Assembly (NCBI GenBank): GCA_051362555.1 | Contig: CM120642.1 | Span: 23,870,001 to 23,934,000 of the forward strand | Reading direction: 5' to 3' | Source: Lingula anatina | Lineage: Eukaryota; Animalia; Brachiopoda | Length of the DNA: 64,000 nucleotides | Shown here: positions 1-13,000 of the stretch, piece after piece | Layout: each line of letters opens with the position of its first letter | Position numbering within the stretch: position 1 is the stretch's first letter | Translations under genes and position numbers: made by a program | Notes under the pieces: generated by a model | Database searches by the model: none | What the model was told of the DNA's origin: nothing | What the model saw: only the letters and a program-made list of their open reading frames with translations

Positions 1-419
1 TATGACAATGGATTTTTAATCCAAAGTCAGTAGAATATTGAAACAAATATTTTTCTTTTCTGTTCCTCTGCTCAAAGGCAACTTGAACAAGGTAGCAAAA
101 TTTAAAAAATGATGGGTCTGTCCTTGTGCATATAGGGAGTGAAATGTGTGTATTGGTGCAGTACCTTTACCAGATATGCAAGAGACAAAAAGAAAAAAAA
201 ATGTACGTATTAACTGGCCAGATCAATGCATCAAATTTATGTTTCCTTTCCAGTATATTATAAATGAGCTAAATTAACTTCTTGTACAGGATGAGTGGTC
301 TTTTATTTATATTTACTTTATATGTTTTATCTCTTTTGCTTATCTCCTAATAGGCCAGCTTAACCCGTGGAATATAAGCTACTAAACATTTTGTAACTTT
401 GTTGTGAAAGAAAGACTAT

Positions 420-643
420 GGGTGTATTTCCAGAGATTAAGATCGATCCAGGGATTAAAATTTAGATCGACCTAACTCCCTGGGGGTTCACGCTAAATTG
501 CAGTCAGACGAGCGCACCATAGTTAATTACCCCTTTACAGCTTTTAGTAGGCGGGACAGACGCTTAAGCTGGCTAAGCTGACAGTAATCTAGTGAGACTC
601 CCCACAGGGATAGATCAATCTAAAAATCTATGGAAATGAGGTG
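420..643 (+). mobile_element. MITE family A (PIF/Harbinger-Tourist-like), copy 1
   Basis: ~200-220 bp; near-identical to copies at 43612 and 63411; imperfect TIRs containing AGATCGATCT-like palindromes. Confidence 0.85.
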
Positions 644-959
644 TAAGTGTAGGATGGAGGTTCTGCAAGTGGCCAAACTGACCTCACTGTTCAAGGCTGA
701 AGTTGAAAAACATTCAGGTGGTAATACATCTGGTTTTAGGTGAGACACTGACTGGTGATTTTTTAATTAAAAAAACTGATCACTGATTGAGGATTTTTTT
801 TAGGAAAAGGTAATAAAAGTATAGTTGTTCAGTTTAGTTAAGATTTCATTACACATTTGATTGTTTCACAATAATCACTCAAAGAGTGAAGTCTGGATTT
901 TGAGTCATTATTACTGATGTTGTTGTACATCATCTTGTTACTTCTGTTTTTTATTATTC

Positions 960-1800
960 AAGAATGATAAACTCAAATGGTGGCTGATGAGAGATATTCC
1001 ACTGACAGCTCGTTTTTCATAAAAGTCAGAGAAGTGCAAGTGAGATTGTGTTTGTGAAGGAGCTACAGGCAACAGACCTTCTGCAGCCCCTGCTAATTAG
1101 TTCTGGTACATCAGAGACAGAAAAGCAGAAATGAATGATGGAGAACTGGTGTGATATACTTGAAAGACACTCCAGACACGACACCAAGGCCTCCCTCTTC
1201 CAGTGAATTAATTTACCAATGCAGCAGCCAAAGAAGTTGTTCGAAATGAGCTATATCTTCTTCATTCTTGGGCCAGTTCCGCTTCTGAAGAGCCAACACT
1301 AGATAATCTCTCTTTGCCAGAAGAAATTTAACTCACACCAAGCTGCTGTCAATCTGTCGAGATATTGTACAAAATTTAAAGGGAGGAAAAATACCAAGAA
1401 GTAACTCTATCTCTGACAACAAGACACTTGACTGGGTCTTCCCAACTGCTCACATCATTAAAAAAATAGCAGCATCATATACTTAACCATTGTAGGTCTA
1501 GAGATCAGTATTGTCTGACTCCAGGTGCTATCCTCCAATGATATACCAGCAGGTTTCATCAGAGGATTTTCCACAATTCTGTTACAATTCTGGGACAATA
1601 TTGACTTTAAGGAAGAAACTCTCACTGGGGCTGGAACTACCCACAATTCTTATTGGCATGATTCAAAGAAAGCAGCTAAATGTGTCACTGCCAAGCCAAG
1701 AGAGACAGTCATTGACCAAAAAGAAAGTCTCTGCGATTACAAGAGACAGTCCTGAATTTAACATACTTAAAAAAATCAAAATCAACATGTTTGATGAATA
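960..1800 (+). pseudogene. Decayed DNA-transposase fragment, Academ-like (CXC/XPG-associated class)
   Basis: Frame fragments RHLTGSSQLL (~1420-1450) and WDNIDFKEETLTGAGTTHN (ORF 1525..1755), with stops and frameshifts. The family assignment comes from recalled motifs, not a search. Confidence 0.55.
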
Positions 1801-4789
1801 GAATAAGGCATTTAATTGCTGTGACTTTTTACAATGAGATTTAAATAATAATAATAATAATGACTTATTGAGCATTAAAATGTGTACAGTTGCATTTTAC
1901 AAGCTCTTTAAACTAGTTTTACATAAATTGGCACATAAGCTTAAAGCAATAATAACTCTTCCTTTGAGATTCAAAATTCCGCAAGAAATACATTGTAAAC
2001 AATGCATGGAAATATATTCTATTGCATTTTACCACTAAAACGGCTGTTATTGTAGTAAGACTAAAGTCAATAGGGCTTTTGATGCCTTACTTCCCGGTTG
2101 TTAAGGCATCCGTTGCCAATGACGTTGGGATGTCACGCGGATTCTCGTGTTCATTCGAGACCAAAATAACTTCTGGCGCGAAAAACCCGATGCTATGCGC
2201 AGACCTAAGTTGCTAGTTTTTGTACAGTGCGTTGGATAACGAAAAGCCCAGAATAGCACACATTGTAGATATAAATGCATTTTGAGCAATAAGATGAATA
2301 TATCTTAAGAATCTTATATTATTGTTATGTAGTGTTGTTGTTGTCTGCTTTTCCCACGGTTTTCAGTAGGTCACCAGAAACTATCGCTTGATATCGCGTG
2401 ACTATGCAATGTCAGAGTGGGCTCTGTCAGTTAAAATCTCTTAAGAGATTTTAATAAAAAACCAAACGTTTAGGAAAAAAAAACCTGGACTAACTTTGAA
2501 TGCAGGAATGGGGTTGCTGACCATTGGTAAGTATGGGAAAATTGCCGTTTACTCCAGGAAAATCCAATTTTTGGCCAAAATGAAGAGTTATTATGACTTT
2601 AACCATAACTACTTTAGATCATTATAATAACAAAATACAAAAAGCTAACTACTTCAGACACAGCTCACAACAATAACACACAATCTTATAGTACTGGATA
2701 TAGTATTGTGTACAACATGCATTTGCATTTAAATATGAATGGAACTCCCAGTACTTGGTAATATATTCTTTTCTGTATATGAACATGTAACATAAAGATA
2801 AACTCCCCAGTACACGTTTGTCCTAATTAAATCTTTTATGTGGTTTACTTATTAATCTAGAATGAATTTAGGATGAAAATATTAGAGTAAAGCTTCAGTA
2901 TACATAGAATTATTGCCCCATTGTTTTGGTCCCTTTACCATATTTTTATTTTATAAGAAATATCTTTTTCAACAAAGCGTTTGTTTTAATTTATTCTATA
3001 TATTAAATTATTTATAAGCATATGCTCCTAAAAGAATCATTTTCTGTAGAACGTTCACTGTGATCCCATCGGTGATTGTTATGCCGTGAACGTTGTACTA
3101 TCATAGTAAATCTTGTGACCCAGATTGTGCATTGGGTGAAATTAGGTCACAGTTTGATTCATGCATATATATGCAGATTACATCCAATTGCGTCCTATGA
3201 TTGAACAACGAGTCCGAGGCACCACCATGTTTTTACCCTACGAGTTGTATCCTAGCTTGCATTACTTAGTGCAGGCGTTTGAAACTGAATGTTTTCTTGT
3301 GCAGCTTTCGTAGAAGGAAATTTCGGTGGCAAAATACTCATTTATATTAGTTCTGAATCGACCTTCCATCTGCATGATGTGGGAGTTAAAGATGCATACA
3401 AAGTCAATTTTTGCCATAAAAACCGACCAAATGCCAGCATATAGTTTCAAGTAGTATAACTAAGAGAATTACCAAAAGGCATTGTTTAATTTTACCCGAA
3501 AATTATGTTTGAATGGATTTTTCTGCTAACATTCTATGCTGTATGTCAATTGGGCAGAAAAGTAGGTTGCATAAAGAAGGTTAAATTTCTGACAGAAAAT
3601 TTAAAGAAAGGAGCACTGTAAAGATTTTTTTATGGCTGATCGAGTGATCTGTTCAGTTTATCCCTTGGCATGTTGAATTTATTTGAGTCGTGTATCAAAC
3701 TAGTAGAAGTGGTTTACATGTGTTACTGGGAATCCACGCTCCACCGATGCTCGTTTCGTATGTACCAACATCTCTCAGGTTTCAGATCATGGACTACAAT
3801 CATGTCCTAAGGAATGGAAAACAACCCAGATTACCTAAAACTAGGCTGTCTGCACTGCACAAAATCATTTCAGAATTTAAAAAAAGGGCAAGAATCACCA
3901 AGATGAGGTAAATTTTCCAACAATGACGGTGAAACTCTTTGTACTGAGAATGTCCTCTTAAAAAGGAATACACCGACGAGACTCAAAACAGTGACTATAT
4001 GCTTTTGTGTAGCACACCACAATCTTACCAAAGTATTATTGTGGATAAATTATGTCAGCTCTTATTCATTGCCACACTGTACTCACTAGCCTGCCACTAC
4101 CCTTGAGCCCTCTCCTCCAAAATCTTGCTTGATTTTACACCTTTCCAATTACAGGGTTTAACTTTACAATTTTGCGAACAACTGCAGGGTGCTTAAAGAA
4201 CCAAACTGTTGCATGTTTTATGGACAACACTTTTACTCACACGTTCACACAAATTGTATTTTGACCATTGTGATGTGTCTGCATAAATATTCAATGAATT
4301 GTTTCAGTAAAAAATATATATTTTGTTATTATCAATTCACATTTCCAGCCAATGTAATAAACAAAAAAAAATTAAGATTATGATTACATGGGCCCGTGAT
4401 TATCTCAATATGCACCCTCTCATATAAAAATGACTATATACATGGAAATCACATTTGCTTTTGTGACTAAGCAGTAAAACTCAGAAGAAAGATCCCTTCA
4501 ACTTGTTGATACTAACTCATAGTAACAAATAAAGTATGTCACTGATGGACAGATTAAGCAAGTAAATTTTACTATTTTCTGTTAACTAAAATTTCCATTA
4601 TAAATCTATTCTGAAAATCAATTTTTTTGTATAATTTGAAAGGACCACATTTGTACACAAAACAATATTTTGTTAAACAATGTCATACTTGATTGTTGAT
4701 GCAAATGTTTTGAAAACCAAACTGGCTACATGTCAAGAAGCACCTTTTCTTGAGTGACTAGATCTACCTAAACAAAATACTGAAACTAA

Positions 4790-7700
4790 TTAGTCCGATA
4801 AAACAATAACAGCTTCATCTGGATTTGGTTCAGTTCTATTCTGACTGCCCTGCCTGGGCCCCTGATGACTGGATGGAGTGTCCTTCCCTACCACTCTCTT
4901 CCCAATACCACACCAAGTTCTGGTGCCTGCTCCAGATAACTCAGATCGAGAGGCAACAGTTGTTACCACTGAGAAAGCCTTAGGACCACAGCGTTTGATC
5001 ATTTTTTTGAGTGCTGTGCTTACAGCATCGGCCACTTCTTTTCCTGCATTATCTATGTTATCTACACAGACTTCCATTTTTTGTCTCCCACCATCTGCTG
5101 CAGCTGTTGGAGATTGCTCCAGGAGTCTGCCAATACCTACAGTTGACAGAGTGTCCATAACAGTCTTTTTTATCGCCTCCTCTTTGATATAATTTGTGGT
5201 ACCTGAAGCCAGCTTAATTTTCACCTTGCGTTTATTTTTCTCTTTATCTACTACAACAAACTCTATGATTCTTTGATCAGTTTCTGTGGAAACTGATGAA
5301 ACCCCTGCCTTACACTGGCTCTGAGATAATGCAACGGTATCTGTGGATGTATCTCTGGTATGCTGAGGTTTGGTTTGGCACTGAGGTACTGCTACTCTTG
5401 TTGAATTATCAACCAGAGTCGTGTTCCTGACACGTTCAGGTACAATGGAAGCCTGTGGAGACTGGCTTGCTGCAGCCTGAAATGCTGGTGTTATTGGTCT
5501 TGGAGCATTAATGTTTTTCTCTGTGTGTTTCTCAGACAGTAACCCTTTGGCTATACTTGGATACTGGTTTTTAGACACCCTTAAGTCCATCAATCTCTGA
5601 GATTCATCTGTACTATCATTGTCATTCGTTGTTGATTTTGCTACCCAAATCACCTTTTCATCAACATAGCATGGTTTGACTTCTACATTTGTTAGCAGGG
5701 ATTTGTAAGAGGCAATCCTCAAAGGACTGCCACCATCTTTGCCTACTTGGTCACTTAACTCCTCCTTTCTGTTGTGCTCTGACACAGATGATGTTGCCAA
5801 AGCAGAGGCCAAATTTCCTGCCCTTACTGTAGTAAGCGTTGGTCTAGGGGGTAATACTACTGCAGATAAATTCTTCCTTTGCAAAATATCTGATGATGGA
5901 GGAGTTGGTATAATTGGAGACTTTGGGGGAACGGTGGACGCAGTGAGTTGTCCAGTGTTGTGCAGATGACCAGATGTTCTGCCCAGTACATGAGTGGGTG
6001 GCGGAGGTGCACCGAATGTCTGTAATGGTACATAGGATGTCGAAGGAGTAGCTTGGGGCCTTAACCCCTGGGGTGGTATAAAAAGACCTTGTGCTGGCAG
6101 CCCTGGCCTAATGACATTTGCGCGGACTCCTACTGGTGTTTTGCTTATCTGACTCACCATAGTGCTGTTCACTGATGCTTTGGAATAAGAGCATGTAGCA
6201 GGCATTATTGGATTAGATGATGGCCTTTGGAGAAGAAGGTAGGTTAATGCAGGATTAGCCAGTCCTGGACCCAAGTTCTGTCCTTGACCTTGTGGGGCAG
6301 GAAGGATTTGAATATTGGCATTAGAGGGTGGAGGGGTCTTCCAATTTTGTCTAGATCCTACAGTACTGCCTTGTTGAGAACATATCTGTGGATTACTGTT
6401 AACCAGTACTGTTGATGGTGGTTGCACTCTAGGGGAGTTCAAAAGCACAATATTGGTAACACCTTTGTTGGTAACACCTTTGTTGGTACAAGTTGGAGCT
6501 TCTAAAAGATTTGTTTTTCTATTCTGGACTACAATACCTGAAGTGGAGGCCATCTCAGGGGGTGTGCTTGATGGTATGGTTGTGTGGCCAATTACACTAC
6601 CTGATGTCAATGTCATGGTACTGGTAACATTCCTATACAAAGACACAGGTGTCACTGAATGGGGTCCTTTTGAATGCTTTGATGCATCTACAGAAGTTAC
6701 TACAATCTGATTAGAACTACTTGAACTCTGAACAGATGGAATTCTTTCCATGCTAGGCTGAAGGCTACCAACAAGGCCACTCGGTTTTGAAATAGTTGAA
6801 GGCTGACTAGTGACTTGAGAAGATCCTGTTTTTGGTACAGCTGAAACATTTCCGAGAAGTTTAGCTTCGGTATCTATACTTCCACTTATAGCAGGAGTGC
6901 CCTGAAAGCTGCTGGGTGTTGCTGCCTTGGTGGGTTTCTCTTGTAGATCCTTATTGTTTGGCTCTTGTCTTTCAGTACATGGATAATCTTTTTCTACAAA
7001 ACCTTTATCATTTCCACTTCTGTCTTTTTGATTATTGATTGATGCATGATCAGCATTTGAACTGTTGGCATCTGTGTCACTAATCTTGGCATCTATCGGA
7101 GCAACTACCATCTGCTTTTTGTCTTTAATTCTATTTCCTATCACTTTGCCAACTTTCAACTTAAATGCCTTTGGAATATTTAGGTGGATTGTCTTTGGCT
7201 TTGCCTCAGCTGGCTTGGGAATGGAAGTCACTGTGCCTTGTGGTTTAGAAGGGGTGCTCTCCCCATCATGCTTTATTTGTTGAGACTGGATGTTAGCCCC
7301 AGCTGGTGCTGGTTTGGGGCTCTCACATGCCACTGAAGCAATGTTCTCCTGAGGTAGGCTATCCGTATCAGTCACAGTGGGAAGAGGGTTGGTCTGCTCA
7401 TTGTTTTCCCTGACAATGTTGCTCAGGCCACATTTTCCAATATTAGCACCTGCATCACTTTGATCATCACTTATTTTACTCTCTTTTCTTGCACTGTCCA
7501 CCTCAGGAACAACAAGTTCAACAATGCACTCATCTGGGTCAAAAGCTTTAGTCTCAATCTTATCCATGCACTGGTCTGTTTGACCTGACTTGCTTTGAGC
7601 ACAGTCTTTATTGGAAGCCACTTCTGATGTTTGCTCTTTGGGGAAATTCTCAATACCAGAATGGTTTTGATCAGTATAATTATAATCATTCTTTGAGACC

Positions 7701-9897
7701 TCCTCTTTTGGTTTATCTAAACAACCAAAGTTAACACTGTCACTTATGTCAAGGTCAGGGGTGGTGGAAGAGCAATGGTTGGAATCCTCTTGGAAAACAT
7801 ACTCCTGAAAACAAGTGTCTGCCTTATCACTGTCAGATGCCACTGCAACCCCCTCTTTGCATTCAGCATCCATGTGTATGTCTTCTCCATTTAAGTTGTA
7901 TAGTACGATTTCTTGACTGTCTGCACCATCTTCAGTGTTTTCCTCTATGTCCAGGCTGCTGGTGAGGTGGGAATTCTTAGAGTCCGGTGTATGGTCTGGT
8001 GCCAGTAACAGTGAAGAGGAGTTGGACAAGTCATCAACCCATAGGCCATACTCCTTTTTACTCTCATCACAAATGGAATCACTCTTTAATTTGGCAATTG
8101 TTTGAATACTGCTCTCATTTGTATTGTCTGGTTTGGTCATTTGCTGATTGCTGCCTTCTTGGTTGGAATCTAATTCACATGCTGTTGTACTGCTGCCTTT
8201 TGAAATGCTATCTACATTGGTCAATATACTTGAACTGGGCTTCGGACGACTCTCTTCCCCATCATGTTTATGTTGTAAAGAAATGCCCTCACTTTGATTT
8301 GTTTGAAGGTAACTCTGCTGTTCTTTGGAAGACTGACTACACCTGTCATTGGGGTCCATTGTGTATTCCCCTTCATTATCTTGAAGAAGTGTTTCTTCAT
8401 TCATATCCCTTCTTTTCTCCTCTTGATCAGAATGATAGGAAGCATTTTTAGAATCCATTTCTTTCTCAGTAAGATCCATCAAATTTTCCATCTTGGTCAA
8501 TAATGACTGACTGCCGTCAATGCTATCCTCCTCGGAGTAGTCATTATTAATCTCTTTGAAATTGGCATCAACAGGTTTCTTTATAACAAATTCACTTGCC
8601 ACAGTGCTTTCATTATCAACTAAATGCACTTCCTCCAAACTGTTGCCACAAATTTTCTGCTCCTTTTTCTGCCCATCCTCATCTTTCTGGACTGCCGAAC
8701 CTGCAGGGCTGGAACACATCTCTGAGACATTTCTTAAAGGACTGGCCTCTAATGTTGCTGATGAACTACTGGAAGGTGATTTTTCTGTGAGAAACGTTTC
8801 ATTCACATCAGAAGTTTCAGCAAAAATGTCTTCTAAAGAATGAGGTGCTGATTTATTAGGCTCAGCACTGCTGTCTTTACTGTCAGCTGGAGCTGAAGAA
8901 AATTGGTTTGTTATGACAGTATAATCATTACTGGAAGGTGATTTTTCTGTGAGTAACGTTTCATTAATATCAGGAGATTCAGCAAAAATGTCTTCTAAAG
9001 AATGAGGTGCTGAATTATTAGGCTCAGCACTGCTGTCTTCACTGTTGGCCGAAGCTGAAGAAAATTGGTTCGTTATGACAGAATAATCATTACTTGTGTC
9101 CAAGTCAGTGGTGCAAATAAAATATTTTTCCTCTAAGATGCTTCTTTGTGAGTCTGTTTTGCCCCTGGTGTCAGAGACATTCCCTGCCACTTCCTTCATT
9201 GCATATGGTTTTTCACAAACTTTCCCTGTGTTGCCAGCACAATCCAAATCCACACTGCCTAATGTGGAATTCTGGGAGTCACTGTAGCTCTGATAGTCAA
9301 TGTTATTTTCCTCATTTGTTGACAGTTGCCTAGTAGGTGGTGTATAATAGCTTTCAAGAGACAGTGATGAAAATGGCTCCTCAGTGTTAGCATTATCTTC
9401 ACTTAACTGCTCTGTGGGGGATACAAAACTGCCAGAAAAAATAGAATCTGAATTCAAAGCTTCATCACTGGGAATGCATTTTTCTGTCCCAAGGTTTCTG
9501 TCAACTGGGGAGTTATGAGTTTCTGACTGGGAGTTTGATTTTTCGCGTAGGGTAACATGCTGTTGTTGGAGGTTAGAACTTTCCTGTGGAATTTCAAGGT
9601 GTGAGGAAGCAATAATTCTCTCCTGATGCACCATCAGCTGTGAGGTTGCTTTGTTTGGTACATGACCTGGGCAATGCACAACCACATTTTGTGCAAAATC
9701 AGTATTTGTGCTTTGAACATCATTGGTTTTGCTGCATAAACGGTTGGCACTTGAAGGTAATGGGCTGTATGTTCTAACAGCTGTCACGAAGGGCACAACA
9801 TGAACAGGGTTGACATCTTCTGGCCTCTTTCTTGTGCATATCCTGCTGACTTCCTCGCTGTCAGAATCAATAGCACCATCTTGTGCTAATTTCACAC
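4790..9897 (-). CDS. DAXX: DAXX exon 9, giant terminal coding exon (5108 nt) ending in the SIM EAVIVLSD*
   Basis: 1701-aa ORF; acceptor ttccatttcag at 9898; phase 1 matches the exon 8 donor; DAXX-type terminal IVLSD. Confidence 0.88.
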
Positions 9898-9960
9898 CTG
9901 AAATGGAACAGGAACAATACTTTTATGGAACCAAGAAATGAATCGTTAGGTGGGATATTA

Positions 9961-10004
<44 letters not shown>

Positions 10005-10035
10005 TAGGCAAAAGTTTGGAGCAAGTGCATTTCGT

Positions 10036-10071
<36 letters not shown>

Positions 10072-13000
10072 GGACACCACTCACAGTTAATCATTGATGC
10101 ATTCAATTCAATTCAATACATGTGAACACCTAAAAGCACGTCCAGACCATTTTAAATTGAATTTTGAAACTAAATAATGAAAATATGGTTTGAATTTAAA
10201 AATGTGCTGTCTGTAAAACCCTATAGGAGCCAAAAGAAAGCAAAAACAATATCAAAGTTTTAAATGTTTGAAATTTGGTCTCGTTGAGGAAATGGTGATC
10301 ATGGACTATTCTAGTTGAAAACATTCAAGGGATTTCTTTACTGTGATCCAGAAACTGCACCAAAATACAGTGTGATGAAAAAAAATCTAACCCTTAACAA
10401 TTCAAACAGAATATGACAAAACCAACTAGAGCAACACAGGTATAAGCAAGCAAAAGTTCATCAACCTTGACTTATTCTTTTCAAGGCACATTGCTGCAAA
10501 GAAGTGAAATGTACAGTACTGACTAACTTCCTGAACAACAGACAGGCAGACAGACAAGCTAGAGAAATACAATGAGAACTACTATCAAAAGCTGAAGAAT
10601 AAGAAAGTAAGAAATAATGCAAAAGCTTTAAAATGTTTTGTAACCTGCCTAGAATTTACCTAGCTCCTCTTCGGACTCCTCTTCCTCTATGTCTTTATCT
10701 TCAACAACACTGTCAACATCATTTCCACTGTCTCTATGAGATTCAGGACTTATTTCTTCTACATCACTGTCATCGTCATCATTTTTATCAGTATCTTTTC
10801 CTGTGCCTGTATCACTATCTTCTGCTTCTTCTACACCCAAGCCATTGTCACCTTCGATATCGGTGCCTTTCTCTTCTTCTTCTGCATTGGAATCCTTCTC
10901 TTCATCCCCCTCAGATGGAACCTCTTCCGGGTCTTCTTGAAGATCGTACTGCTTTCTGGCAAACTTGTTGATTACCTACATTGATAGATATAAAACAGGT
11001 AAATCAAAAGAGAACCAAAGTAAACAATGTCTTTTTTAGATTGAACTGAGCAGCAATCTTGGTTTCTACAGAGAAAAACCCCAACCATGGGGTGAAAAGG
11101 TTATACTTGTTGTTTCGATGGGTTGACAACATCACAAAATCAGTGGAAACTGTTGTTCTTATAACTACAACTACTGAAGCAGAGGCCAAAAATTAATACT
11201 GAGAAAGAAGGCAATCTTTTTTTTTTCCAAATCATGCATCCCATTTCTTTTCACATTTTTTTGAATCCCACTCTGCATGTACCTCTTCCAGTTTAGATTT
11301 AGAAACTTTTCTGTTTTCTTCCAGCCTCCTCCTAAGGGCACAGTCATACAGAGCTGGGTCTTCATGTTCCCTAGAATTAATTTCAAACAAATCATAAATA
11401 ACAAAATCATGAATCAGCCTGCGCAAAAATACTTCCGAACTTTTTTGTCTACTGGCTCTTGAAATTACAGAAAATGTCAATAATGGTAATACAAGGATTG
11501 CCAACTGCAACTTAACAACACAGCAAAATTCCTAAAACTACTGCCTTCTTTGTTAACCTGAAGAAAAACCTGAACTTACTTGTAATTCTCTGTTAAATGG
11601 CAACCAAAATTAGAAGTGAAATCTTTTATTCTCCTCTCTTGAAGCAGATTTCCAACATCTGTGAAGATTTCTTTTGCCAGGTCCAATAAAGCTTTTTGAC
11701 TACAATGACAGGTACGCACAAAATGTAAAGATTGTGCAAATAGACATGGGCTATTATATCTCTGTCATTCTTTGCTAGTGGTTACAAAATGTTGAATTTG
11801 ACCGAAAATTTCAAACTTTCTCTGGGAAGCTGTAATTTTGCGATGTGATAGCTACACCATCACAGTTTATCATTTCATAAAAAGGGAAACAGCAGCTGCC
11901 CTTTTTAGGGCACACAGGAGAGTTGAACAGCTATACCCACCAAATCCAAGACGCGTTACCCTGGGTAATATATTTTGCACAAACTAATGAAAGTCTAATG
12001 GAATGTTTTCAGTTTTAGTTTAAATCATAAGGGGGTTATGTCTCAATGCTTCAAAACTGGTTTTGAAGAATTTAATCCACATTTCATAATTAATAAAAAT
12101 GGTGAATATGTGGGTCACGGTAACGTTATTGACGCGGGTACAAAAACTTTTTATAATCATGTAAATAATAACAATATTTTTGCTATTATCCATACACACT
12201 TCATTCATGAGGGGCACACCACTTTCACATGCTTTTAAAATGGAATTGACAAACACAGAGGAATAATGCACATATTTTATTTACTGTAACTCTGTCATAT
12301 GGGACACACACTGAACAAAGTTGATCTAAAGAATGTTCCAGATTGTAGTTTTTTATCAGAACTATTTTTTTATTATTATTTTAACACAATAAAGTTCAGT
12401 TAAATACAAAATTTAACAAAATGAAGTTCAGTGTAACACAAAGTTCACAATTATAACATTCTTCCTGACATATGTAGACCAATGGTGATATCTGTTCTGT
12501 GCTCACTAAGGCATCCACCCTTGGGATTCTGAAAACAAGGCAGCAAAGCTGTCAAATGTACAGACAAAAAGCAGGAAATAACAAAATAGGCTACTGTCAA
12601 TTCTGATTCAAAAGTACATTATGTTAAACTGCAAATTCAACATCGAATTTTAATTATGCTCAACAGTTAATACCAATGAAAGTAAAATGTGAAACAAGCA
12701 TAAGGCTTCAGGCCCATGGGAGTTCAAGTTCACACTTTGAAAATGTAAAACTTCCAGAAAAAGAAGTCAATTAGACTGCTTTTCCAACTCAGGCTGCATT
12801 TTAGTCCTGTATTTCTTTTTTGAAAGTTTGGCAATCATAAGTAACATGGTTTTCCCATAATGGTCATCATGGCAGCAGCACCCAAAATTGTGTTTTTTTC
12901 TATTCTGATGCAATATTACATAATGGTTAACAGCATAATGACAATCAATTTTTAATAACAAAATACATGTTTCATGGATTTTCAGAAAATGTGACTAGCC

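Noticed and set aside
4878-9333. Plus-strand ORFs (104, 76, 85, 72, 154, 95 aa and others) overlapping the 1701-aa ORF
   Set aside because: Antisense shadows of the DAXX terminal exon with no independent signals.
4790-9895. The 1701-aa ORF as a stand-alone intronless gene (mucin-like or viral)
   Set aside because: It starts at GTG right after a splice acceptor whose phase matches DAXX exon 8, and it ends in the DAXX-type SIM.
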